Origin: an uncultured Gemmatimonadales bacterium
Lineage (GTDB): Bacteria; Gemmatimonadota; Gemmatimonadetes; Longimicrobiales; RSA9
Length of the DNA: 64,000 bases
NCBI GenBank assembly: GCA_963816355.1
Contig: CAWFKH010000001.1
Coordinates: forward strand, 128,001-192,000
Direction of reading: 5' to 3'
Of this stretch, positions 1 through 9,874 are shown piece after piece; within the stretch, counting starts at the first letter, position 1; each line of letters opens with the position of its first letter. The position numbers and the translations under genes were made by a program. The notes beneath the pieces are model-generated. The model was not told the DNA's origin. It ran no database searches and was given only the letters and a program-made list of their open reading frames with translations.

Positions 1-1
1 C

Positions 2-43
2 CTCGCCCGCGCCCGCAAGCTCGCGGCCGAGCTCACCGGCTGA
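2..43 (+). CDS. 3' end of a gene entering from the left edge (…LARARKLAAELTG*)
   Basis: GC3-rich codons in frame 2 ending at TGA 41-43, convergent with hemH; too short to identify. Confidence 0.4.
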   Translation, partial: LARARKLAAELTG

Positions 44-1118
44 GCGGCGCGGCGTCGCCCGCGCCCGGACGGCCGCCGTTCGTGCAGCGCGTCGCCGGCG
101 TACTCCGGCAGAGGCACGCCACGAGCGGCACGTCCGCCCGCCCGCGCCCGCCCGCGAGCGGCTCGACGAGGTCCGCGAGCAGCGAAGCGAATCGGGGGTC
201 GTCGTGCGGCACCGGCACGCGCCGGAAGGCGAGCCCCGCCGCCGCCGCGACGCGGCGGATCTCGACGTCCAGCTCCGAGAGCGTCTCCGACTGCTCGTGC
301 ATGAAGGAGATCGGGACGACGACGACGCCGTCGACCGCGCCGGCGAGGCCGCGAATCGCGTCGTCCGTCCCCGGCTGCGTCCACTCGACCGGCCGATTGG
401 TGTGGTTCTGGTAGCCGATCGTGTACCGGCGCACGCCTGCGCGCTCCGCCACCGCCGCGCAGTTCTCCCGCACGTAGCGCTCGTAGCGGCTGCCCTGCTC
501 GATGTAGCGCAGCGGGATCCCGTGCGCCGAGAAGACGACGCGCCACGGCCCGTTCAGATCGAGCCCCTCGCCGCCGGCGATGTCGCGTATCCCCTCCGCC
601 CGCAGCTCCACGTAGTCCGGGTGCGCGTGCCAGCCGCTCAACTCGCGCAGCGCGACGTCCCACGCCTCCGCCTCGACCGCGCGCGCGACCTGCGCCAGCG
701 CCGCCACCGTCGTCGAAGGCCCGCACAGCGGATACACCGGCAGCGCGACCAGCAGCTCGACGCCGTCCACGCGCGCCCGCCGCACCGTGTCCTCGATCAA
801 CGGCTCTGTGAACTGCATGCCGGAGTAGACACGGGCGTCGACCCCGCGCCGCCGCAGCTCCGCTTCCAGCATCTCCGCCTGCCGCGCCGCCTGCGCGTTG
901 AGCGGGGAGCCGCCGATCGCCTCGTACTCCTCGATCAGACCGGGCGCCCGCCGCGCCGCGAGCTGCCGGCTCCGCTCGCGCCGCTGCTCCTCCGTCGCCG
1001 CTCCCTCGATCGCCGCGTTCGTGAAGAATATCCGCTCGAGGAACGGCACGACCTCCTCCATCGTCGGCCGCGCCGGCTCGCCGAAGTTGATCACGACCAC
1101 GCCGACGCGCCGGCTCAC
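33..1118 (-). CDS. hemH: ferrochelatase
   Basis: VVVINFGEP, YEAIGGSPL, VFSAHGIP and SETLSELD motifs; GTG start overlaps hemE stop (GTGA). Confidence 0.93.
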   Translation of the reverse strand: MSRRVGVVVINFGEPARPTMEEVVPFLERIFFTNAAIEGAATEEQRRERSRQLAARRAPGLIEEYEAIGGSPLNAQAARQAEMLEAELRRRGVDARVYSGMQFTEPLIEDTVRRARVDGVELLVALPVYPLCGPSTTVAALAQVARAVEAEAWDVALRELSGWHAHPDYVELRAEGIRDIAGGEGLDLNGPWRVVFSAHGIPLRYIEQGSRYERYVRENCAAVAERAGVRRYTIGYQNHTNRPVEWTQPGTDDAIRGLAGAVDGVVVVPISFMHEQSETLSELDVEIRRVAAAAGLAFRRVPVPHDDPRFASLLADLVEPLAGGRGRADVPLVACLCRSTPATRCTNGGRPGAGDAAPLSR

Positions 1119-2143
1119 GCGCCGGCTCCGTAATCGTGGACGAAGTCGACGACCGCGCGGATGACGTCCGGGTCGGTGCCGGGCAGCACGCCGTGCCCGC
1201 CGTTGAAGATGTGGCCCGCGCGGCCGCCGACGCGGTCCAGCACGTCGCGCGCGGCACGCAGCGCGACGTCGCGCCCCGCCAGCAGCGCGCTCGGATCGAG
1301 GTTGCCCTGCACCGCGCGGTCCTCCCCCACGACGCGCCACGCCTCGTCGATCGGCGTGCGCCAGTCCAGACCGATCGCGTCGCCGCCCGCCTGCGCGATC
1401 AGGTGCAGCAGCGCCGGGTTTCCGGTCGCGAAGTGGATCGTCGGCACGCCGGCGTCGCGGCACCGGTCGAGCACCCGCTTCGAGTGCGGCGCGACGTAGC
1501 GCTCGTAGTCCGCGGGCGAGAGGCTGCCTGCCCACGAGTCGAAAAGCTGGATCGCCGCCGCGCCCGCTTCGTGCTGCGCGATCGCGTATTCCGCCTGGTG
1601 CTCCGCCCAGAAGCCGGCGAGCCGCTCCCACGCCTCCGGCTCCCGCAACATGAACGCCTTCGTCTCCTCGACGTTCTTCGACGGCTTGGGCCCCGCGACG
1701 AGGTAGGTGCACAGCGTGAACGGCGCGCCAACGAACGCGAGCAGCGGAACGTCCAGGCGCGCCACCAGAAGGCGGATCTGGCGCATCGTGTAGTCGAGCG
1801 CTTCGCGCGGGTCGTACGGCCGCAGCCGGTCCACGTCCGCGGGCCGCTCGATCGGCGCGCTCACCACCGGACCCGCTCCGGCACGCAGGTCGACCTCCAG
1901 GCCCGCCGCGAGAAACGGCGTCGAGAGGTCGTTGTAGAGGATCGCCGCGTCGACCGGGAAGTACTCCAGCGGCAGCTCCGTGACCTTCGCCGCCGCCTCC
2001 GGGTCGCGGATCACGTCGAACATCCCGCGCTCCGAGCGCACTTCCCGGTATCGCGGCAACGAGCGACCCGCCTGGCGCATGAACCAGACCGGCGTCGCAT
2101 CCGTCGGCTCGCGGCGCAGCGCACGCATGATTCGATCGTTCAT
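1115..2143 (-). CDS. hemE: uroporphyrinogen decarboxylase
   Basis: PVWFMRQAGR, FVGAPFTL, QLFDSWAG, VQGNLDP and HIFNGGHG motifs; GGAGG RBS before ATG 2143. Confidence 0.95.
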   Translation of the reverse strand: MNDRIMRALRREPTDATPVWFMRQAGRSLPRYREVRSERGMFDVIRDPEAAAKVTELPLEYFPVDAAILYNDLSTPFLAAGLEVDLRAGAGPVVSAPIERPADVDRLRPYDPREALDYTMRQIRLLVARLDVPLLAFVGAPFTLCTYLVAGPKPSKNVEETKAFMLREPEAWERLAGFWAEHQAEYAIAQHEAGAAAIQLFDSWAGSLSPADYERYVAPHSKRVLDRCRDAGVPTIHFATGNPALLHLIAQAGGDAIGLDWRTPIDEAWRVVGEDRAVQGNLDPSALLAGRDVALRAARDVLDRVGGRAGHIFNGGHGVLPGTDPDVIRAVVDFVHDYGAGA

Positions 2144-2232
2144 CGCCCCTCCATCGCCTCGCCCGGGTTCGCTCGGGAGGAGGTTACCGGATGCGCGCAG
2201 GCCGGGCAACAGGCCGCGCCGAACGCCCGCGC

Positions 2233-2336
2233 CGAACGGCCGCGCTACCGCCGCGCGTTGCCCGGCGCGGCCGCGCCGAACGGGGCCGCGGCGAACGGCC
2301 GCGCTACCGCCGCGCGTTGCCCGGCGCGGCCGCGCC
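2233..2336. repeat. 45-bp direct repeat, two copies (period 59), in the hemE divergent intergenic region
   Basis: cgaacggccgcgctaccgccgcgcgttgcccggcgcggccgcgcc at 2233-2277 and 2292-2336. Confidence 0.85.
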
Positions 2337-2372
2337 AGCCATGTTGACCGCCCGCATGCAACGGAGGCACCG

Positions 2373-2825
2373 ATGATCGTCGCCAAGCGGGCCGGGCTCG
2401 GAGCGCGCTTCCGCCTGCTCGAGGATGGCCGGGAGATCGCGGACGTGCACCCGCCCGTCCTGCGCGGCACCGGTACGATCGAGGCGGAGGGACGGACGTT
2501 CGCAATTCGGCGCGACGGATTCCTGCGGCCGCAATTCCGGCTGGTCGACGGTGACCACACTCTGGCGCACGCCGAGCCCGCGTTCCTCGGCAGCTTCGAA
2601 GTCACCGCGCTCGACCGCCGCTTCACGCTGAAGCGGACCCGCCTGTTCCTCCGCCGCTACGAGCTGCTCCACGGCGAGCGCGCCGTCGGGTCGCTGACGC
2701 CGACGAGCCCGTTATCCTTCTCCGCCGAGGTCGACCTCCCGGCCGATCTGCCCATCGCCACGCGCGCGTTCCTCGCCTTCATCGTGCTGCGTCAGTGGCA
2801 CCGCGCCGCCGCCGCCGCCGGCTGA
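2373..2825 (+). CDS. hypothetical protein (150 aa, beta-rich, possibly LURP-one/Tubby-like)
   Basis: GGAGG RBS, ATG 2373, GC3-biased codons. Confidence 0.7.
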   Translation: MIVAKRAGLGARFRLLEDGREIADVHPPVLRGTGTIEAEGRTFAIRRDGFLRPQFRLVDGDHTLAHAEPAFLGSFEVTALDRRFTLKRTRLFLRRYELLHGERAVGSLTPTSPLSFSAEVDLPADLPIATRAFLAFIVLRQWHRAAAAAG

Positions 2826-2961
2826 CGCGCGCGCCCGCTCGTCTCGCTCCCGCCCCCGCGCTGCGCCGGAGCTCCCCAGCGGCGCCGCGGCTTGTCCCCC
2901 GCACGCGCCCTCCACATCTTCGCGGGTCCGCTTTCCGCTGCCCGAACCCGGAGGATCCCCG

Positions 2962-3582
2962 ATGAACCGGACTTTGTCTCTCGCGATCGCCGCTGGACTG
3001 CTCTGCAGCGTGGCGGCGTTCGGCCGGCCCGCCCGCGACGCCGCGCCGGCCCCCTCGCCGCGCCCCGCTCCGCTGGCGGCCGCGACGGCTCCTCACGCCG
3101 GCGTGATGCAGACGCCGGCAAGCCCCGTCACGGCCACGGTCAAGGCGATGCTCGAGCGGCAGGCGAAGAACCTGGTCGGAGCGGCGGAAGAGATGCCTGC
3201 GGACAAGTACGGCTACAGCCCCACGAAGGATCAGATGACGTTCGGTCATCTGATGGCCCACGTCGCCGGCTCCAACGCCTTCGTCTGCTCGAAGATCGCC
3301 GGCTCCGCCGCGCCGGCCGGCACGTCGGCGAAGGACAGCGAGGGCAAGGAGAAGATCGTGGCGGCGCTGAAGGCGTCCTTCGATTACTGCCGCACGGCGC
3401 TGGGCGCGTTCGACGACTCGAAGCTCGGCAACGAGGTCGAGTTCTTCGGCGGCCGCAAGGCGACGCTCGCGCGAGCGATCATCGAGCTCCCCGCCGACTG
3501 GGGAGACCACTACGCCACCGCCGCGAACTACCTGCGCCTGAACGGACTGCTCCCGCCGTCCGCCAAGCGCGGCGAGATGTAA
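2962..3582 (+). CDS. secreted DinB-family protein
   Basis: signal peptide; AEEMPADKYGYSPT…MTFGHLMAHVA…DHY pattern; GGAGG RBS. Confidence 0.85.
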   Translation: MNRTLSLAIAAGLLCSVAAFGRPARDAAPAPSPRPAPLAAATAPHAGVMQTPASPVTATVKAMLERQAKNLVGAAEEMPADKYGYSPTKDQMTFGHLMAHVAGSNAFVCSKIAGSAAPAGTSAKDSEGKEKIVAALKASFDYCRTALGAFDDSKLGNEVEFFGGRKATLARAIIELPADWGDHYATAANYLRLNGLLPPSAKRGEM

Positions 3583-3633
3583 GCGGGAAAGCAGCGTCGC
3601 CGCGGGTGCGACCGCTCGCGCCCGCGGCACGCC

Positions 3634-6553
3634 TCACCGCACCGCCCCCGCCGCGCCGCTGCGGCGCGGATCGGCGCCCGCGGTGACCACGCCGTCGTGG
3701 ATCGCGATCGCGGCGCCGTACCCCTCGCGCAGCTCACCGCGCAGCGATACGAACTGGAAGCGGTGCCCCATCGCCTCGAGGCGCTCGATCACCCCGGGGT
3801 CGAAGCCATCCTCGGCGAGCACGACGCTCTCACGGCCGCCGCCGGCGGCGCGCCTCGACGAGAGCAGGAAGCGCGGCAGCTCGAGCGCTTGCTGCGGGTC
3901 CAGGCCGAAGTCGACGAGGCCCACGAGCTCCTCGTAGACACCCGCCGTGATCCACGCATTGCCGGCGGTGCCGAACGCGAACGCCGGCCGCTTCGCCGCG
4001 CCGGTGCCGTGGAAGACGATCGTCGGGCTGATCGTGCTGCCGTGCCGCGCGTTCGGCAGCCGCGCGCCGTACGCGTCCGGGTCGAGCGCGTAGGAAGTCA
4101 GCTTGTCGTTGTAGGTGAAGCCGAGCCCGGGCGAGACGTAGAAGGTGCCGCCCCACGTGCCGAGCGTCTGCGTCACCGACACCACGTTGCCGTCGCCGTC
4201 CGCGACGACGAAGGCGGTCGTCCCGCTCAGGTGGCAGTGGCCGCCGTCGCCGCGCAGCGCACAGCGCGCGGGGCCGCCGTCGGGGCTGGCGGGCGCCGGC
4301 CGTTCGTCATCGCTCGCGCCGGCCGGCCCTTCGTCGCGAGTGGATCCCGCCGGCGGCGATGCGGCCTGGCACGGCGGCGGGCCACCGCCGCCGAAGAGGT
4401 CGTCGGCCGACGCGCGCTCCGGATCGAAGCAGCGCCAGCGCGCCGCCGCGGTGTCCTTGCTCGTGAACGGCGTCACGTCGACCGGCCACAGGCCGGGGTC
4501 GGCGATGCGTCCGCGCGCCGACGGCTCGAGCTTCCACGCCTCGAGCATCGCGTGCAGCGTCGCGGCGTCGTCGGTGTAGCGCCGCATCGGCGAGAAGTTC
4601 TCGAGCAGGTTGAGCTTGGCGACGAGGCTGGCGCCGCCCGCCGACGGCGGCGCGCTCGAGTAGACGGTGAAGCCGCGGTAGGTGCCGGAGACCGGCTCGC
4701 GGACGGCGGCGTAGTAGCGCTCGACGTCGCGCATCCGCATCGCGCTGCCGTGGGCGCGCAGATCCTCGACCATGCGGCGGCCGACGTCGCCGTGGTAGAA
4801 CGCGTCGGCGCCACCCTTCGCGATCGCGCGCAACGTGGCGGCGAGGTCCGGATTGCGCAGGGTGTCGCCCGCGGCGAGCGGCTCGCCGTCCGGAAAGAAG
4901 AGGCGACGGCTCCCCTCGTACTTCAGGAAGTGCTCGCGCTCCACGGCGAGCGTGGCCGCGAGGCCGTCGGAGACTTCGAAGCCCCACTCCGCCGCGCGGA
5001 TCGCCGGCTCCAGCAGGTCCGACCACGGCAGCGTCCCGTACTCCTTCCACGCGCGGTACATGCCCGCGAGCGTGCCGGGCACCTGCGTCAGCACCGGGCC
5101 GTCGTCCGGGTAGCGCCCGCCCTCGAGGAGCGCGCCGTTCTCCAGCGTCGCGTCCTGTGGCGTGCGCGTCATGAACTCGAACAGCGTCGGATCGGCCATG
5201 CCGGGCCGCCACACGAGCATCTGGCCGTAGCCGCCGATCCCGCTCGCCTCCGGCTCGACCACGCCCAGCGCGAAGGACACCGCGACGGCGGCGTCGACCA
5301 CGTTGCCGCCTCGCCGCAGCATCTCGAGACCGGCCGCCGTCGCGACCGGGTTCGCGCTCGACACCGCGGCGCGCCCGCTCGCGGGCTCTCGCAGCGGCGG
5401 CCGCTCGAGCATCATCGCGTGGATCGCCGCCTCCAGCGCGGAGTCGCTCTGCGCCGCGACGGCGCGGGCCCGGTAGCGCGAGCCCACCCGCTCCCACTCC
5501 GCGCGACGCTCGGCGAGCCGCTCTGCCGGGCGGCGCGGCGTGCCGGGACGGTCGGCGTAGTAGAGGTCGCGCACGCGCCGCCACGCGCGCTCGAACGCCG
5601 CCGCGTTCGCCGTGCGCCGGTCGACTTCCGCGCCGAAGTCGAGACGCGCCAGCCCGGCGCCCGGCGCCGGCGGCGCCGCGAATCAGCCACAGCCGATGCG
5701 CGGCGGGGAAGAGCGCCCGCTCGTCGCGGTCGCGCAGCCGCAATGGGTCGCCGTTGAACGACGCGTCCGGACCGGGCAGCTCCGCGAGCGCGATGCGGCC
5801 GCCCTCCGGCGACCACGCCGGTGCCGCCGCGTCGCGCGAGACCAGGTTGCGGTAGCTGCCGACGCGGTCCGTGACCCACACGCCCGCCCGCGCCCCTCGC
5901 TCCGTGAACGCGAGTCGACCTCCGTCCGGCGACCACGCCGGCCGCTCCGCCGCGACGCCATCGAGTACCACCCGTTCGTCGCCGCCGTCGAGACGCACCG
6001 TGCGCAGCGCGGCGCCGCGGGCGCCCTGCTCGACGTACGCGACGACGTCGCCGCCGGGCGCCACCGCCGGCCACCGCTGCGCGCCCTCCCGCCGCGTCAG
6101 CCGCCGCTCCTCGCCGGACGCCGCGCGGACCCAGAGCCTCGCCGCCGCCCCGCTCCCACGCACGAACACGACGCCCCCATCCGGCGCCGCCACCGGCTCC
6201 CGATCGGAGCCGCCCGCCGTCACCCGTTCCGGCTCTCCCGCCACGCCGTCCCCGCCCACGCGCACGCGCCAGATCGCGAAGCCGCCCGCGCGGTCCGACG
6301 CGAAGAGGACCGCCGCCCCGTCCGCGGACCACGCCGGCTCGACGTCGAGCGCCGGGTCGCTCGTCAGGCGGACCCAGCCCCTCGCGGGAACGTGGACGTC
6401 CGTGCCGGGCGGAAGCGGCGCGCGCGTCGCCCACAGATCGCCGCCCGCCGCGACGACCAGGCGCCCGTCCGGGGAGAAGGCGGGGTCGCGCGGCGCGCCG
6501 GGAGCGCCGGTCGCGACCACGATCTGGGCCACCAGCAGCAGGGTTGCGGTCAT
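3634..6553 (-). CDS. ggt: PD40/TolB beta-propeller + Tricorn-C1-like + gamma-glutamyltransferase fusion; one extra base at about 5681 shifts the frame
   Basis: N-part has PAFSPDG/PAWSADG/PAWSPDG repeats; C-part has GGNVVDAAVAV, SGIGGYG and catalytic GTTAFVVAD; removing one base in ctgATTcgcg joins the frames. Confidence 0.8.
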
Positions 6554-6800
6554 CGTCTACGCAGGGCGATCGTGGAAGCATCGGCGCGCTTGCGGCGGCC
6601 GGCGGGCAGAGCGCCCGGCGGTGGAGCGACACGGCCTCTCGGGCGGCGAATCGTGCGGCGGCCGCAGCCGCGCCGTCAAGCCGAGACGCCCCGGACGTCG
6701 CGCGGGCCGGGGTTGTTCGGGGCGGTCGCGGGCAGTACGATACTCCCCTTCCCGGGCGGCTCCGCTCGGGGCCGGACTTTCCCCTCTTCCCCCGACGGTG

Positions 6801-7217
6801 ATGAACGGGCGCTGGCGCGGCAACCGCAAGTCGGAACCGCTCTCCGGCCACCGCGGCGACGACCCGGTCGGGAAGCGGGGGCCGAGGCCGGAGATCACGC
6901 CCACCGCGATCGGTCCGACGGAGGACGCCAGCCGCCTGCGCGTCGACTGGGCCGATGGCCACCGCTCCGAGTACTCGCCCCGCTATCTCAGACTGCAGTG
7001 CCGGTGCGCCAACTGCGTCGACGAGATGACCGGGCGGCCGCGGCTCGACCCCACGCGGGTGCCGGAGGACGTCTATCCGCTGGCGATCCACTACGTCGGG
7101 CGCTACGCGATCCGCATCGAATGGAGCGACGGCCACGACACGGGGATCTACCCCTACGAGCTGCTGCGCAAGATCTGCCCCTGCGAGGCGTGTGACATCG
7201 AGGAGGCCGCGAGCTGA
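6801..7217 (+). CDS. DUF971 / GBBH-like N-terminal domain protein
   Basis: WADGH…LRLQCRCANC…VGRYAIRIEWSDGHDTGIY. Confidence 0.88.
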   Translation: MNGRWRGNRKSEPLSGHRGDDPVGKRGPRPEITPTAIGPTEDASRLRVDWADGHRSEYSPRYLRLQCRCANCVDEMTGRPRLDPTRVPEDVYPLAIHYVGRYAIRIEWSDGHDTGIYPYELLRKICPCEACDIEEAAS

Positions 7218-7222
7218 CCAGG

Positions 7223-8512
7223 GTGCCCGCCGCCTTCCGCGCCTTCCGCCACCGCGACTTCAGCCTCTTCTTCGGCGGTCAGTTCCTCTCCCTCGTCGGC
7301 ACCTGGATGCAGCAGGTCGCGATGAGCTGGCTCGTGTACCGGCTCACCGGCTCCGCCTTCGTGCTCGGCCTGCTCGGCTTCGCCACCCAGTTCCCCGGCT
7401 TCGTCATCTCCCCCTTCGCCGGCGTCTTCGTCGACCGCTGGGACCGCCGCCGCATCGTGATCGCCACCCAGGCGGCATCCATGGCGCAGGCGTTCCTGCT
7501 CGCCACGCTCGTCGTCTCGGGCGCGATCCGCGTGTGGCACCTGCTCGCGCTCGGCGTCGTCCTCGGCGTCATCAACGGCTTCGACGTCCCCGCCCGCCAG
7601 TCCTTCCTCGTCCAACTCGTCGAGGGCAGCGACGACCTCGCCAACGCGATCGCCCTCAACTCCTCCATGTTCAACGCCGCCCGCCTCGTCGGACCCGCCA
7701 TCGCCGGCCTGCTGATCGGCCTCGTCGGCGAGGGGACCGTCTTCATGGCGAACGCGCTCAGCTACGTCGCCGTCCTCGCCGCGCTCTTCGCGATCCGGCC
7801 GCATCCCGCCGCACGCGCGGGCGGCACCGTCGACGTCGTCCGCGACATCCGCGAAGGCTTCGCCTACGCCTTCGGCTTCCCCCCGATCCGCGCCGTGCTG
7901 CTCGTCCTCGCCCTCGTCTCGCTGGTCGGCATGCCCTACGTCGTGCTGCTGCCCGTCTTCGCCAGCGACGTGCTCGGCGGCGGCGCCAGCACGCTCGGCT
8001 TCCTCACCTCCGCCGCGGGACTCGGCGCGCTCGCCGGCGCGCTCCGCCTCGCCTCGCGCACCACGGTGCGCGGGCTGGGCCGCGTGATCGCGATCAATGG
8101 AGCCGTGTTCGGCGCCGCCCTCGTCGGCTTCGGCGCCTCGCGCGCGACATGGCTCTCCGCCGCGATCGTGCTCGTCGCCGGATTCGGCATGATGAGCTTC
8201 TCGGCGTCGATCAACACGGTGCTGCAGACCCTCGTCACCGAAGACAAGCGCGGCCGCATCATGAGCCTGTACAGCATGGCGTTCATGGGGATGTCGCCGT
8301 TCGGCAGCCTCATCGGAGGCTCGATCGCGAGCCGCTTCGGCGCGCCGCTCGCCGTCGCGGTGGGCGGCGGTGCCTGCATCGCCGGCGCCGCGTGGTTCGG
8401 CCGCGCGCTGCCCGCGCTGCGCGCGATCGTGCGGCCGATCTACGTCGAAAAGGGGATCATCCCGGAGGTCGCGCGCGGCATCCAGGCGGCCACGATCCAG
8501 CGCCCGCGCTGA
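7223..8512 (+). CDS. MFS transporter (DUF894/MFS_3 type)
   Basis: about 12 hydrophobic segments; SLVGTWMQ, AGVFVDRWDRRR, PARQSF and RGRIMS motifs. Confidence 0.92.
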   Translation: MPAAFRAFRHRDFSLFFGGQFLSLVGTWMQQVAMSWLVYRLTGSAFVLGLLGFATQFPGFVISPFAGVFVDRWDRRRIVIATQAASMAQAFLLATLVVSGAIRVWHLLALGVVLGVINGFDVPARQSFLVQLVEGSDDLANAIALNSSMFNAARLVGPAIAGLLIGLVGEGTVFMANALSYVAVLAALFAIRPHPAARAGGTVDVVRDIREGFAYAFGFPPIRAVLLVLALVSLVGMPYVVLLPVFASDVLGGGASTLGFLTSAAGLGALAGALRLASRTTVRGLGRVIAINGAVFGAALVGFGASRATWLSAAIVLVAGFGMMSFSASINTVLQTLVTEDKRGRIMSLYSMAFMGMSPFGSLIGGSIASRFGAPLAVAVGGGACIAGAAWFGRALPALRAIVRPIYVEKGIIPEVARGIQAATIQRPR

Positions 8513-8542
8513 CGCCTCGCGCAGCGCGCGTTGCCGAGCGCG

Positions 8543-9757
8543 CTAACGACCCTCGACGCCGGACGCTTCCACGCCCAGTTCGCGCAGCACCTCCGCCGTG
8601 TGCTCGCCGAGCAGCGGCGGCGGCCGCGGCGCGCCCGGCCGGCGCCCGTCGCGCTCGAGCGGCAGCGCCACGTCGCGGTACGCCGCGATGCGCGGGTGCG
8701 GCGGCGCCCGCAACATGCCGGTCGCCGCGACCTGCGGATCCGCCGCGACGGCAGCCATGTCGCGGATCGGCGCGCACGGCACTCCCTCCGCGTGCAACCG
8801 CGCCTCCAGCGCGGCGCTCGCCAGCCCGCGCGTCAGCTCGGCGATGCGACCCTCCAGCTCACGGCGGTGCCGAACGCGATCCGGATTCGTCGCGAAACGC
8901 GCGTCCGCGGCCAGGGCCGGCGCGCCCACGACGCGGCAGAGCGCGGCGAAGAGCGCGTCCGTCGCGGCGGTGATCATCAGCCAGCCGTCCGCGGTCGCGA
9001 AGGCGCCGTAAGGCGCGATCATCGCGATGCCGCTGCCCTCCGGCCCGGGCACCTCGCCGGTCGCGAGGTAGCCGAGCAGGTGATAGCCGCTCCACGCCAG
9101 CGCCGTGTCGAGCAGCGACGCGACCACGCGTCCGCCGCGGCCGGTGCGGCCCCGCTCCCGCAGCGCCGCCAGCACGCCGATCGCCGCCCACATCCCGGTC
9201 CCCATGTCCACCACCGACGCGCCGATCCGCGCCGGCGGCGCACCCGCGTGGCCGGTCACCGACATCAGCCCGGCGTACGCCTGAAGGATCGGGTCGTAGC
9301 CGGGCCGCTCGCGCAGCGGTCCGCGATGGGCGAACGCGACAATGTCGCAGTACACGGCACGCGGATTCAGCCGCGCGACATCGCCGTAGCCGAGTCCGAG
9401 AGCGTCCGCCACGCCGGCGCGGAACGACTGCAGCACGACGTCCGCCCGCGCCAGCAGCCGCCGCGCCGCACGGCGCCCGTCCTCCGCCTTCAGGTCGAGC
9501 ACGACGCTCCGCTTGCCGCGGTTCGCCGCCAGGAACATCGTGCTCTCGCCGTTCCAGAACGGCGGTCCCCACAGGCGGGCCGGGTCGCCCCCGGGGCGCT
9601 CGACCTTGACCACGTCGGCGCCCAGGTCCGCCAGAATCTGCGCGCAGTACGGGCCCGCCAGGCTCTCGGTGAAGTCCGCCACGAGAAGCCCCTCGAGCGC
9701 CGGCGGTGGCCGCTCTCTTGCGTCGCCGGCCGAGACGTCATGCGCATCGATATGCAC
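8543..9757 (-). CDS. CaiB/BaiF family III CoA-transferase (start uncertain)
   Basis: LAGPYCAQILADLGADVVKVERPGGD, NRGKRS, PGYD and PPLLGEHT motifs. Confidence 0.88.
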   Translation of the reverse strand: MHIDAHDVSAGDARERPPPALEGLLVADFTESLAGPYCAQILADLGADVVKVERPGGDPARLWGPPFWNGESTMFLAANRGKRSVVLDLKAEDGRRAARRLLARADVVLQSFRAGVADALGLGYGDVARLNPRAVYCDIVAFAHRGPLRERPGYDPILQAYAGLMSVTGHAGAPPARIGASVVDMGTGMWAAIGVLAALRERGRTGRGGRVVASLLDTALAWSGYHLLGYLATGEVPGPEGSGIAMIAPYGAFATADGWLMITAATDALFAALCRVVGAPALAADARFATNPDRVRHRRELEGRIAELTRGLASAALEARLHAEGVPCAPIRDMAAVAADPQVAATGMLRAPPHPRIAAYRDVALPLERDGRRPGAPRPPPLLGEHTAEVLRELGVEASGVEGR

Positions 9758-9835
9758 CGGGATCTCTCCCTCGTCGTGCTGCTCGGCTTCCTCGCGCTCG
9801 CCGTCGCGGCGCTCTTCGTGCTCTTCGCCGTTTGA
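9740..9835 (+). CDS. putative 27-31 aa single-helix membrane peptide
   Basis: MRIDMHRDLSLVVLLGFLALAVAALFVLFAV*; nearly all codons in the hydrophobic run end in G or C. Confidence 0.45.
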   Translation: MRIDMHRDLSLVVLLGFLALAVAALFVLFAV

Positions 9836-9874
9836 ACGGAAGAGACGGGCGCCGCCGTCCAACGCCACGCGGCT

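Noticed and set aside
2233..2336. Direct repeats as a mini-CRISPR (also 30900-30971 and 51384-51507)
   Set aside because: Only two copies or tandem units, no spacers of CRISPR length, and no cas genes
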